A DNA stretch of 64,000 nucleotides, taken from contig NZ_JAAAPJ010000005.1 in the NCBI RefSeq assembly GCF_009909145.1, positions 336,470-400,469 on the forward strand. Reading direction: 5' to 3'. Every line of letters starts with the position of its first letter. Within the stretch, counting starts at the first letter, position 1. Positions 1 to 8,516 of the stretch are shown here, in pieces. The translations under genes were made by a program, and so were the position numbers. This stretch comes from Corallococcus silvisoli. Its GTDB lineage: Bacteria > Myxococcota > Myxococcia > Myxococcales > Myxococcaceae. The notes beneath the pieces were generated by a model. That model saw nothing but the letters and a program-made list of their open reading frames with translations. It was not told the DNA's origin and did no database searches.

Positions 1-238
1 CCAGATGCCCACCACGCTCTGGTTCACGGCCGACGCGCAGTTCACCACGGTGGAGTCCACGGGCGCGGCCACCGCCTGCTTCGTGCTCCTGCGCCACCTG
101 CTCGACCACCACGCGGGACAGTTCGAGTCACCGGGTCGTCCGCTGCACGAGCTGTACGTTCGGCTGAGGCAGGAGTGGGCGGCGTTCAACCCGTCCAACC
201 CCCTGCCAGGGGAGCCCCAGCGGTCCATGGCGGCCTAG
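1..238 (+). CDS. 3' end of a protein-coding gene (partial, start lies outside window); hypothetical protein
   Basis: Open frame running in from the window edge to TAG at 236-238; GC3-rich codon usage. No recognisable motif in the 77 aa seen. Confidence 0.4.
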   Translation, partial: QMPTTLWFTADAQFTTVESTGAATACFVLLRHLLDHHAGQFESPGRPLHELYVRLRQEWAAFNPSNPLPGEPQRSMAA

Positions 239-257
239 AGCGCCGAACAGGTCGGGT
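232..257. repeat. ~26-nt motif GGCC(C)TAGAGCGCCG[A/G]ACAGGTC[G/A]GGT spanning a stop codon; copy 1 of 2 (second copy at 2525-2551)
   Basis: Direct comparison of the two gene 3' ends: 17 of 19 nt identical after the TAG, plus a shared GGCC before it. Confidence 0.6.
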
Positions 258-501
258 ATTGGCGAGGCCGAGGACCGCGGTTGGTCCGAGCAGAGCCTCA
301 TCATCCCGGGACTGCCCCGCGCGGAGGCGGAGCGCTTCGGTCGCGCGCACGGTCAGGTGGCCGTCCTGGCGGATCGCACCGGAGGTCCCGCGGAGTTGCT
401 GCTGTGTGGCAACGAAGCGCCGCCATCCGCGCCATGAGCACGGGCAACAGCCGCGGACCCGTGTCGAGACGAAGTCGGGGCGCGAGCTTCACCGCGCCAC
501 C

Positions 502-2532
502 ATGAAGTCGCGCCATCGTCCACGAACCAGAGTAGGTTCCCCCTCCCTGTTCGCTGGAGCTCCGTCGATGCCACAAGCCACACCGCGCTCGTCACCTCTG
601 GGAGCGCGTCCCAGCGTCTTCCTGCTCGCCGGAGCGTTCGTCACCGGCATGTTCCTCTTCGCCCATGGCGGCTGCGGAGGTGACGAGTGCCAGGACGCCG
701 CCGACTGCCGCTTCGATCACAGCACACCGGCCGAGGGCAAGGAGTGGGTCTGCGAGGACAAGCGCTGCGAGCAGCATCCCGTCCAGCAGCCGCCTCCGGA
801 TGCGGGCTCGGACGCGGGGATGCCCGACGCGGGGACGCCCGACTCGGGGACGCCCGACGCGGGGATGCCCGACGCGGGGATGCCCGACGCGGGGAGACCC
901 GACTCGGGGATGCCCGACTCGGGTCCCACCACGGTGAGCGTGCAGGTGCTGGCGTTCAATGACTTCCACGGACAGCTCGAGGAGCCCGCGGGCCAGATCC
1001 TGACGGGCGTGGCCCCCGACGGTGGACCGGTGCGGGTGAACGCGGGCGGCGTGACGTACTTCGCCCGGCATATCGCGGCCCTGCGGGCCACCAATCCGAA
1101 CACGGTGGTGGTGGCGGCGGGAGACCTCATCGGCGCCTCGCCGCTGCTGTCGGCGCTCTTCCACGACGAGCCCACCATCGAGGCGATGAACCTGATTGGC
1201 CTGGACCTGGTCGCGGTGGGCAATCACGAGTTCGACGAGGGCAGCACGGAGCTGTTGCGCATGCAGTCGGGCGGCTGCCACCCGGTGGATGGCTGCCTGG
1301 ACGGGGATGGCTTCCCGGGCGCGAAGTTCAAGTTCCTGGCGGCCAACGTGGCCACGGGCGTGGACCGCACGCTGTTCCCCCGCTACGACGTGCGCGAGTT
1401 CGAGGGCGTGAAGGTGGCCTTCATCGGCATGACGTTGGAGGAAACGCCGGAAATCGTCACGCCCACGGGCGTGGCGGGGCTCACCTTCAAGGACGAAGTG
1501 CAGACGGTGAACGCGCTGGTGCCGGAGCTGCGGCGGCAGGGCATCGAAGCCATCATCGTGGTGGTGCACCAGGGCGGAATCGCGACCTCGGGCTCGCTGG
1601 TGAACGACTGCAAGGGCGCGGGTGCGAACGGCCTCATCTCAGGTGCCATCGTGGGCATCGCCAAGGGCCTCGACGACGCGGTGGATGTCATCGTCAGCGG
1701 CCACACGCATCAGGCCTACAACTGCGTCATCGACGGCAAGGTCGTCACGAGCGCCTCGTCGATGGGGCAGCTCGTCACGGACATCGACCTGACGCTGAGC
1801 AAGGCGACGGGCGACGTCGTGGAGGCGCGAGCGAACAACGTCATCGTCACCCGCGACGTGCAGGAGGTCGGCGAGGTGAAGGAGCTGGTGACGAAGTACC
1901 AGGAGCTCGTCACGCCGCTGGCCAACCGGGTCGTCGGCTGGGTGGCGCAGACGCTCAGGACACAGTCAGACTCCGCGGGCCAGTCCACCCTGGGCTACGT
2001 CGTCGCGGACTCGCAGCTGGAGGCGACGAAGCCCGCGAACCTGGGTGGGGCGCAGGTGGCCTTCATGAACCCGGGCGGCGTGCGCGCGGACATCGCCCAG
2101 GGCGAGGTCACCTACGGCGAGGTCTTCACCACGCAGCCGTTCGGCAACAGCCTGGTCACCCTGACGCTGACGGGCGCGCAAATCGGGCAACTGCTGGAGC
2201 GGCAGTGGCGGTCGTCGGGAGCCACCCTCATGCTGCTTCCGTCTGCGGGCTTCACCTATGCGTTCAGCGCGTCGGCGCCCATCGGAAGCCGCGTCGACCC
2301 GGCGTCCATCCGGATCAACGGCGTGCCAGTGAGCCTGACGGCGGAGTACCGCGTCACCGCGAACAACTACCTCGCGAGTGGGGGTGATGGCTTCTCGGTG
2401 CTCGCCGAGGGGAAGAACCGGCTGGGTGGCGCCGTGGACAGCGACGCGCTGGAGGCATACCTGAAGGCACACAGCAGCCAGGCGAGCCCCTTGCCCGCCC
2501 CCGCGCTCAATCGCGTCACCGTGCGGCCCTAG
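502..2532 (+). CDS. Bifunctional metallophosphatase/5'-nucleotidase (UshA family), predicted lipoprotein with N-terminal PDAGM low-complexity linker
   Basis: Signal peptide plus AHGGC lipobox-like Cys. Calcineurin-like phosphoesterase motifs (AFNDFHG, GNHEFD, VSGHTHQ) and a C-terminal 5'-nucleotidase-like region. The ORF-track start at 175 is an unsupported 5' extension; ATG at 502 precedes the signal peptide. Confidence 0.8.
   Translation: MKSRHRPRTRVGSPSLFAGAPSMPQATPRSSPLGARPSVFLLAGAFVTGMFLFAHGGCGGDECQDAADCRFDHSTPAEGKEWVCEDKRCEQHPVQQPPPDAGSDAGMPDAGTPDSGTPDAGMPDAGMPDAGRPDSGMPDSGPTTVSVQVLAFNDFHGQLEEPAGQILTGVAPDGGPVRVNAGGVTYFARHIAALRATNPNTVVVAAGDLIGASPLLSALFHDEPTIEAMNLIGLDLVAVGNHEFDEGSTELLRMQSGGCHPVDGCLDGDGFPGAKFKFLAANVATGVDRTLFPRYDVREFEGVKVAFIGMTLEETPEIVTPTGVAGLTFKDEVQTVNALVPELRRQGIEAIIVVVHQGGIATSGSLVNDCKGAGANGLISGAIVGIAKGLDDAVDVIVSGHTHQAYNCVIDGKVVTSASSMGQLVTDIDLTLSKATGDVVEARANNVIVTRDVQEVGEVKELVTKYQELVTPLANRVVGWVAQTLRTQSDSAGQSTLGYVVADSQLEATKPANLGGAQVAFMNPGGVRADIAQGEVTYGEVFTTQPFGNSLVTLTLTGAQIGQLLERQWRSSGATLMLLPSAGFTYAFSASAPIGSRVDPASIRINGVPVSLTAEYRVTANNYLASGGDGFSVLAEGKNRLGGAVDSDALEAYLKAHSSQASPLPAPALNRVTVRP
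799..933. repeat. Tandem ~15-bp repeats (gacgcggggatgccc)x~9 encoding (P-D-[AS]-G-[MTR])n linker inside the 5'-nucleotidase gene
   Basis: Visible perfect and near-perfect 15-nt tandem units; translated DAGMPDAGTPDSGTPDAGMPDAGMPDAGRPDSGMPDSG. Confidence 0.8.
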
Positions 2533-2551
2533 AGCGCCGGACAGGTCAGGT
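2525..2551. repeat. Second copy of the stop-codon-spanning ~26-nt motif (see 232-257)
   Basis: GGCCCTAGAGCGCCGGACAGGTCAGGT compared with GGCC-TAGAGCGCCGAACAGGTCGGGT at 232-257. Confidence 0.6.
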
Positions 2552-2906
2552 CACGACGCGCGAAGGTGACGCGCGGCGACTTCGAGGTCTGGGTCGAGCG
2601 CTCCGAGAACCGACCGCCAGCAGCGGTCGCTCGCAGACATCGGGAAGCCTCAGGAGCTTCTGCTCGCGGGCACTGCACTTCATCGTGGGCTTCCATCGGT
2701 CCAACCGGCACCTCCATGCGGAGGTGACCGGAGCACTCGGCGACGGCTCGCGTCGGCGGTGCTCGTAAGCGATCGATTTTCCCTCGGGCTGATTCCTGAT
2801 CGGCGCTCTAGCTTCCTGAAGGGGAGCGAATGCCTGGAGTTTCGCGTGCATCAGGCGATGCCCTGCGTAGGATTCAGGCCCTCACCCGTCCCCCTCCGGA
2901 GGTCCC

Positions 2907-3308
2907 ATGGCATCTCCCACCGATACGCAGGATCCCTTCGAGCGCATCTACCGCGTCTGCGAACAGGTGCCGGCCGGAAAGGTGGCCACGTACGGCGACA
3001 TCGCCGCCATCGTGGGCGGCGGCTGTGATGCGCGCATGGTGGGCCACGCGATGGCGGCCCTGGGTTCGCGCGCGGCGAAGGTGCCGTGGCAGCGCATCAT
3101 CAACCGCACGGGCGGCATCAGCACCTCCGGCCCTCGCCAGCGCGAGCTGCTGGAGGAGGAAGGCGTCGCGTTCGACGACAAGGGCCACGTGCGCATGGAC
3201 GCGCACCACTGGGCGGGACCGAGCGACGCGTGGGCGCGCGCCCACGGCTTCAGCGTGCTGCCGCCCCGGGACGCGCCAGCCCCGGCCTCGCAGCTCAAGC
3301 TCTTCTGA
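2907..3308 (+). CDS. MGMT-family DNA-binding protein of the Atl (alkyltransferase-like) type, with Trp in place of the active-site Cys
   Basis: YGDIAAIVG...ARMVGHAMA...VPWQRIIN matches the MGMT C-terminal helix-turn-helix plus active-site loop, with PWQR replacing PCHR. Confidence 0.8.
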   Translation: MASPTDTQDPFERIYRVCEQVPAGKVATYGDIAAIVGGGCDARMVGHAMAALGSRAAKVPWQRIINRTGGISTSGPRQRELLEEEGVAFDDKGHVRMDAHHWAGPSDAWARAHGFSVLPPRDAPAPASQLKLF

Positions 3309-3414
3309 AACACACCCCGCGTCGGGGCGTCCGGGCATCAGCCCGAAGCGCTCGGTGGGTCGGCTGCTTTTCAGCGCGGAATAAAGACGGCACCTTCAGG
3401 TCCTCGCCCACTCC

Positions 3415-3975
3415 TTGGACCTCCGAAGAATGTCCCCTCCCCTGCTCCCACGGGGCCTCGTGCTCCTGGCCTGGCTGCTGGCAACCCCTGGGTTCGCGAA
3501 GGACGCGAAGGTCGGCAAGGCCCAGGGGAAGGGCCCGCGGCTGGTGCGCATCCAGGGCGCCCACCGGCTCCACCGCGACGCGGCGGCGGCCTTCGAGCGC
3601 ATGGCGGCGGAGGCTCGCGCGGCGGGGCGGACCCTGCTCGTGACGAGCGGGTGGCGTTCGTACCAGCAGCAGCGCTTCCTTTGGCGCCGCTACCGCAACG
3701 GCCTGGGGCCCAAGGCCGCGTGGCCGGGCCGCTCCAACCACAACCGCGGGCTGGCGGTGGATCTGGTCGTGGGGAGGGACATGGACTCCCCCACGTATGA
3801 ATGGCTCGCGGCGAACGCGTGCCGCTTCGGCTTCCGGCGAACGGTCGCGTCGGAGCCGTGGCACTGGGAGTACCGGCCGCGAAGCACCGCGACGCCCCAG
3901 GACGGTGAGGACTGCCTGGGGCGTCCGGTGGAGAGTGAGCCCGCGTCAGCCGTGGTCCGTCAGGACGCCAGCTAG
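3415..3975 (+). CDS. Peptidase M15 (VanY-like D-alanyl-D-alanine carboxypeptidase) family protein, secreted
   Basis: N-terminal signal peptide; motifs SGWRSYQQQ, SNHNRGLAVDL and EPWHWEY typical of VanY/M15B zinc peptidases. Confidence 0.75.
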   Translation: MDLRRMSPPLLPRGLVLLAWLLATPGFAKDAKVGKAQGKGPRLVRIQGAHRLHRDAAAAFERMAAEARAAGRTLLVTSGWRSYQQQRFLWRRYRNGLGPKAAWPGRSNHNRGLAVDLVVGRDMDSPTYEWLAANACRFGFRRTVASEPWHWEYRPRSTATPQDGEDCLGRPVESEPASAVVRQDAS

Positions 3976-3994
3976 CGCGTGCGCCTCCGTCACC

Positions 3995-4867
3995 TCACTG
4001 GCACCTGCCGAAGCTGCACGTGAGCGGGAAGCCACACGTATTGCCGCAGCAGGGCCCGTTCCGGTAGCCGCAGGACTCGCAGCGGTTCGACACACCACAC
4101 CCACCCTGCACGCAGTAGGCCCCCGAGCAGCAGGTTTCACCGATGTGGCCGCAGAACAGCTGACAGGTCCCACCGCTGCACGTGAGGACCCCTGAGCAGA
4201 CCTGCCCCGGGCAGCACGTCTCGCCGTTGTAACCACAATGGGCCTGACCGCAGCCGAACAGCTCCAGCTTCCCCATGGAGACGACGACGATGCCCGCCGC
4301 CGGATCATTGTCATCCGTGATGTTCAGCCGGTACTTCAGGTAGCTTCCCGGGGACCCCACCGTATAGGTGCGGGTCTGCAGCCCGGGCCAGCCGGTCTCT
4401 CCCGAGCGCGTGTCCACCACCACCCAACCGCTGCCATTCCACCCCTCCAGCGTCCAGGCGCTGGGCGCGCGACTGGTCAGCGAGCCGTTGGCGAACGTGA
4501 TGGCGTAGCTGGTGACGAGCCGGGGCGTGAAGTCCGTCCACTCGTAGGCGATCCACGCCGGCGTTTGATAGACGGCGGAGATCCACATGCTCGTGTTGGA
4601 GCTGTCGAAGGCCTGCCAGGCCTCATACGAGGAGTCATAGGCGCCTGACCGGGTGACACTGCCGCTGGGGGCCGTCGCGCTGGTCATCGCTGGCACCAGG
4701 CTGACGGTCGTCGAACAGCTCAGCGCGGCCTCGCTCGTGGCCAGTTCGGGTATCGCCGCGGCGCTCTCCTCTAGCGGCGCTCCAGGCGAATCGGTATTTC
4801 CACAGCCAAGGGCGAACAGTGAAAGCAAGGCACTTCCCAGGACGACGATACGGCCAGGATTTCTCAT
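3995..4867 (-). CDS. Secreted lipoprotein with an F5/8 type C (discoidin)-like domain and a C-terminal Cys-rich repeat region
   Basis: LFALGCG lipobox. WQAFDSSNTSMWISA...PAWIAYEW...GWNGSGWVVV resembles the discoidin fold. The C-terminal ~90 aa contain ~28 Cys in repeated G-E-T-C-C modules. Confidence 0.6.
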   Translation of the reverse strand: MRNPGRIVVLGSALLSLFALGCGNTDSPGAPLEESAAAIPELATSEAALSCSTTVSLVPAMTSATAPSGSVTRSGAYDSSYEAWQAFDSSNTSMWISAVYQTPAWIAYEWTDFTPRLVTSYAITFANGSLTSRAPSAWTLEGWNGSGWVVVDTRSGETGWPGLQTRTYTVGSPGSYLKYRLNITDDNDPAAGIVVVSMGKLELFGCGQAHCGYNGETCCPGQVCSGVLTCSGGTCQLFCGHIGETCCSGAYCVQGGCGVSNRCESCGYRNGPCCGNTCGFPLTCSFGRCQ

Positions 4868-5318
4868 CGAGATGAGCCTCCAGGATTCGGAATGGTGAGC
4901 CTTTGATAACTCACACCCAGAGTCTCAGTTGCTTCACCCTCGATGTCCATCACCGCGCCCCCGCCCTCCCGTTCTTCCGTGGCGGACGCCGCGGCGCGCA
5001 CGTGCGTGCGGTAGCGTTCCGGTGCGGGTGGATCGCCGGCTGGGCAGGGGATGCACTTGGGCACGAAGATGTCACCCAAGACGCGCTCCTTTTTCATCGC
5101 CAATGCGAGAAGCGTCGGGTGCCCCCATCCGCGATAAAAGCCGGCGAGCCAGACTGTATTCTAGTCGATACTCGGCGGGAGCGCGTCCATGAGCAGCCCG
5201 TGTATGAGGCATGCTGCTGGCGGGTCGGTATTGCCCGTCCAGGTTGGTGTTTGGATTGGAAGTCGAGCGCCTGGATTTGAGGGGGAGCCGTTGCGCGCCA
5301 TCCGAGATCGGGTGCTAC

Positions 5319-6671
5319 ATGAAAACCTGGATTCGCTTCCTGGGGAGTCGCGCCACTCAACTCCGGCAGACGGTGCTGGGAGCCCTCCAAGGCTCGGGCC
5401 TCGAGATGGTGTCGCGCCCGGAGGAAGCTCCCCCTGGCCTCGGAGTGATTGTCTTCGATGAAGTGGAAGCGAACACGCTGGAAGCCGTGCGGGACTGCCG
5501 GCTGAGCCCTTCGACACGGGTCCTCGCGGTGGCCACGACGGGCCAGGGACTCGGTGAAGGGGCTTGCTGGCGGCTGCTTCAGGCGGGAGCCTCGGACGTG
5601 CTCGTCTGGGAGGGCGCGCGTGACGCGGCGGCGGAGATCGCCGCACGGCTGGAGCGCTGGCACCAGGTGGAGCGGCTCATCGAGTCGCCCGCCGTGCAAC
5701 GGCGCCTGGTGGGCCGGGCCGCCACCTGGCTCCCGGTGCTGCGCCAGCTCGTGGAGGTGGCCGCGTTCACTGACGCCTCGGTGCTGCTGCTCGGGGAGAG
5801 CGGCACCGGCAAGGAGGAGATGGCCTGTCTCATCCACGAGCTGGACATGCGCCCGGACAAGCGGGAGCTGGTGACGCTGGACTGTACGACGGTGGTGCCG
5901 GAGCTGTCGGGCAGCGAGTTCTTCGGGCATGAGCGGGGCGCCTTCACGGGAGCGACGAACACCCGAGACGGGGCCTTCGCCCTGGCCCATGGCGGGACGC
6001 TGTTCCTGGACGAGGTGGGCGAGCTGCCCCTGGCCCTCCAGGCTCAGTTGCTGCGGGTGGTGCAGGAGCGTCTGTACAAGCGCGTGGGCTCCAACACCTG
6101 GCAGCGGACGGACTTCCGGCTCGTCTGCGCCACCAACCGCGAGCTGTCCCAGCAGGTCGCCCAGGGCGGCTTCCGCCGCGACTTCTTCCACCGCATCCTG
6201 AGCTGGGTGTGCCGGCTCCCGCCCCTGCGCGAGCGACCCGAGGACATCCTCCCGCTGGCCCAGCACTTCCTCCGGTCGATGCGACCCGACATGGCGCTCG
6301 AGCTGGATCCCCACGTGCGGGAGTACCTCCTCAAGCGCAGCTACCCGGGAAACATCCGGGAGCTGCGTCAGCTCATCGGGCGCCTCTGCAAGCGGCACGT
6401 GGGCACCGGGCCCATCACCGTGGGCGACATTCCCCCCGACGAGCTCCCTTCCTCCGAAGGGCTCGGGGACTGGCAGGACGTCTCGTTCGCGCAGGCCATC
6501 CAGCGCGCCCTGTCGCTCGGGGTGGGGCTCAAGGAGATTGGCCGGAGCGCCTCGGACACGGCCATCCGGCTGGCCCTCGCCGAGGAGCAGGGCAACCTCC
6601 AACGCGCCGCCCGGCGGCTGGGCGTCACGGACCGCGCGCTCCAGCTCCGCCGGGCCCAGCGCGACGAATAG
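5319..6671 (+). CDS. Sigma-54-dependent Fis-family transcriptional regulator (NtrC-like) with a degenerate receiver-like N-terminus
   Basis: Walker A GESGTGKE, the GAFTGA signature (GHERGAFTGA), Walker B LFLDEVGEL, an Arg-finger region and a C-terminal Fis-type helix-turn-helix (NLQRAARRLGVTDRALQLR). ATG at 5319 (MKTWIRF) chosen; the ORF-track start at 5211 has no support. Confidence 0.85.
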   Translation: MKTWIRFLGSRATQLRQTVLGALQGSGLEMVSRPEEAPPGLGVIVFDEVEANTLEAVRDCRLSPSTRVLAVATTGQGLGEGACWRLLQAGASDVLVWEGARDAAAEIAARLERWHQVERLIESPAVQRRLVGRAATWLPVLRQLVEVAAFTDASVLLLGESGTGKEEMACLIHELDMRPDKRELVTLDCTTVVPELSGSEFFGHERGAFTGATNTRDGAFALAHGGTLFLDEVGELPLALQAQLLRVVQERLYKRVGSNTWQRTDFRLVCATNRELSQQVAQGGFRRDFFHRILSWVCRLPPLRERPEDILPLAQHFLRSMRPDMALELDPHVREYLLKRSYPGNIRELRQLIGRLCKRHVGTGPITVGDIPPDELPSSEGLGDWQDVSFAQAIQRALSLGVGLKEIGRSASDTAIRLALAEEQGNLQRAARRLGVTDRALQLRRAQRDE

Positions 6672-6685
6672 CCGGAGTCATCGCC

Positions 6686-7522
6686 TCAGCATCCGCCGCC
6701 TCGGAGCGCATCGGGGGTCCAGGGGTCTCGCGGCTCTTCCTCCACCGAGGGGGCCGGGCCCTTCCAGGCAGACCTCCGCCCCAAGGGCCTTGGGCGGCAC
6801 CGGCCCATCAATCGCAGCAGGTTGCCCCCCAACACGAGCTGCCGGTCCTTCGGAGACAGCTCCAGCGCGAGCACCTTGGCCAGCTCCACCCCCGGGTGCA
6901 GCCACGGGCCATCCGAGCCGAAGAGCAGCTTGTGTGCCCCGGCCCGCTCCACCGCCTCCTCCAGCAGGTCGAAGCGGCGCACCCCAGCGGTGTCGGCGTG
7001 GACGTTGGGCAGGCGCGCCAGGAGGTCCAACAGCGCGCGCTGCGCTCGCCAGTCGTCCGCGAAGCTGCCCAGGTGCGGGATGATGAAGCTCACCTCCGGG
7101 TACTCGGTGGCGATCAACTCCACACCGGAGACTTCTCCCATCACGTCGTAGAGGATGGGCAGCGCGAAGGCCCGGGCCACCTCGCAGATCTCACGGGAGA
7201 TGCGCGCGTCGTAGCGGTGGACCTTGATGCCCCGGAAGCCGTAGCGCCGCACGGCCTCCTGGACCCGCTCGAAGACGCGCCCGCGGTCTCTCACGGCATG
7301 CACGAAGGCGAAGCCGTAGAAGCGCTCCGGGTGGCGTTTCACGAGGCGGGCCACCTGGCGATTCGCCGTGGCGTAGTCGGAGTGGAACGCGGCCAGCAGC
7401 ACCGTGCGGGAGATGCCCGCGGCGGACGCGCGCCGCAGGTAGTCCTCCAGCGGCGCGGAGGTGTCCCAGGGGCCGGTGAGCCCGTCGCCCTTCCCGGCAT
7501 GGCAATGGCAGTCGATGATCAT
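6686..7522 (-). CDS. Amidohydrolase-2-type metal-dependent TIM-barrel hydrolase; last gene of the six-gene operon
   Basis: Starts MIIDCHCHAG (the IDxHxH metal-binding motif), with later His/Asp ligands (IIPHLG, FGSDGPW). Lies 7 nt downstream of the GIY-YIG gene stop. The ORF-track extension to 7657 is rejected. Confidence 0.7.
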   Translation of the reverse strand: MIIDCHCHAGKGDGLTGPWDTSAPLEDYLRRASAAGISRTVLLAAFHSDYATANRQVARLVKRHPERFYGFAFVHAVRDRGRVFERVQEAVRRYGFRGIKVHRYDARISREICEVARAFALPILYDVMGEVSGVELIATEYPEVSFIIPHLGSFADDWRAQRALLDLLARLPNVHADTAGVRRFDLLEEAVERAGAHKLLFGSDGPWLHPGVELAKVLALELSPKDRQLVLGGNLLRLMGRCRPRPLGRRSAWKGPAPSVEEEPRDPWTPDALRGGGC

Positions 7523-7529
7523 CGTCGCG

Positions 7530-8516
7530 TCATCGGCGCTCGAACAGCTCGTAGAGCGCCTTGTCGGGGAGCGAGAGCGCGCGGTTGGCGATGCCAGGCG
7601 CCTTGGCGGCCCGGACGCCCCATGGATTCGGCGGGAGCAAGCCCTGGATGGAGACACCTCCTCTCACGCGGAACTGCCGGATGGAGCTCAGGTTGCGAAG
7701 GCGGCCCGCGGGGACGGCTCCAGAGAGCAGGAGCGCGCGGATCAGCGCATGCTCCACCGCCCTGCGAGCCTGTCGGGTGTTGGGCTGAATCGTCCCGAAC
7801 CAGACCGTGATGGGCTTGGGCAGCAGCCCCCCCTTCTGGGTGAGCCCCATCTGGTAGAGGCTCAGCAGGCGTCCTCGCCAGCGCCCCTGGAAGCTGTCCG
7901 TCTCGCCCACGTAGAGGGGAAGCCCCTCCTCCTCCACGACGTACAAGCCACCTCCGGCGGGAAGCGCGGAGAACGGGTGGCGATCAATCTTCCGCACCGA
8001 CCAGGAGAGGACCTTCGCGGTGACGGGGCCCCGCTGTGCCTCGAGCTCCTGCGACTCCGCGGGAGGGGGCCCGTCCTGCCCGGGCGGAGCGTCCGAGGGT
8101 TCCTCGGGAGGCGCCACATCCGGCGGCGGCTGCGCCGCGGCCACCGGCTCGACGCTGTCGGGAGGGGGCTCGTTCAGGGCCGGCTGGTAGAGCGGGTAGC
8201 CGTACGGCCCTCCGCCGTAGACCACCCAGGGGCGGCCCCTCGGCCACCGCCGCCCCGGCCTCGGCCCCTGCCCCTGCCCCTGCCCCTGCCCGGGGCTCCG
8301 CCACGCACGGGCCGGTCTCGAACCCGAACGCCAGACCTGCGCCCGGGGGACGCCCATCATCCCGCGTCCGACCCCGAACCGCCTCGCGCCGGGCTGGAGT
8401 GCACGAGCGCGGCGCGCAGGTGGCGCACGGAAGGACCGCGCGAAGTGGCCCTCCTCTTCGCCTTCCCACTCGGACTCCAACGCGTCTTCGCTCTCGTTCT
8501 CGTACCACTCATTCAT
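7530..8516 (-). CDS. GIY-YIG nuclease-motif protein with a long acidic/Arg-Gly-Pro-rich disordered N-terminal region
   Basis: GLYVVEEEGLPLYVGETDSFQGRWRGRL...RRAVEHALI resembles I-TevI GVYQIK..KVYVGSAKDFEKRWKRH and the Arg/Glu-His of GIY-YIG. Its ATG overlaps the upstream gene's stop (ATGAATGA). Confidence 0.6.
   Translation of the reverse strand: MNEWYENESEDALESEWEGEEEGHFARSFRAPPARRARALQPGARRFGVGRGMMGVPRAQVWRSGSRPARAWRSPGQGQGQGQGPRPGRRWPRGRPWVVYGGGPYGYPLYQPALNEPPPDSVEPVAAAQPPPDVAPPEEPSDAPPGQDGPPPAESQELEAQRGPVTAKVLSWSVRKIDRHPFSALPAGGGLYVVEEEGLPLYVGETDSFQGRWRGRLLSLYQMGLTQKGGLLPKPITVWFGTIQPNTRQARRAVEHALIRALLLSGAVPAGRLRNLSSIRQFRVRGGVSIQGLLPPNPWGVRAAKAPGIANRALSLPDKALYELFERR
8265..8291. repeat. 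(CCCCTG)4 hexanucleotide microsatellite encoding GQGQGQGQG in the GIY-YIG protein's disordered region
   Basis: Direct reading of 8265-8291. Confidence 0.8.

Noticed and set aside
175-501. 5' extension of the 5'-nucleotidase ORF, and similar ORF-track N-terminal extensions (13647-13766, 21786-22370, 22232-22447, 24593-25171, 40306-40356, 44781-44921, 52598-53242, 61607-62152)
   Set aside because: The extensions are Arg/Pro-rich and precede obvious signal peptides or domain starts. Internal ATG or GTG codons with RBS-like sequences give canonical protein lengths, and the extensions often overlap upstream genes.
2533-2906. Candidate riboswitch or small RNA in the 374-bp spacer upstream of the Atl gene
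   Set aside because: There are some short inverted repeats but no recognisable conserved riboswitch core or convincing terminator. Without a comparative alignment this cannot be supported.
3295-4314. Several 120-190-aa ORFs overlapping the Atl/M15/lipoprotein region on both strands
   Set aside because: Each overlaps a better-supported gene in another frame, and their composition is typical of GC-rich noise.
5094-6602. 502-aa minus-strand ORF antisense to the sigma-54 activator gene; likewise other long antisense or overlapping ORFs (6209-7810 +, 9475-11442 +, 10136-11704 -, 13478-14638 +, 24438-26045 -, 28473-31673 +, 33038-35473 -, 34774-36453 +, 47316-50027 +, 54838-57765 +, 57838-60843 +)
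   Set aside because: In ~70% GC DNA, stop-free frames are common on the strand opposite real genes. Their translations are Arg/Ala/Gly/Pro-rich low-complexity with no motifs. Each overlaps a gene with clear family signatures.
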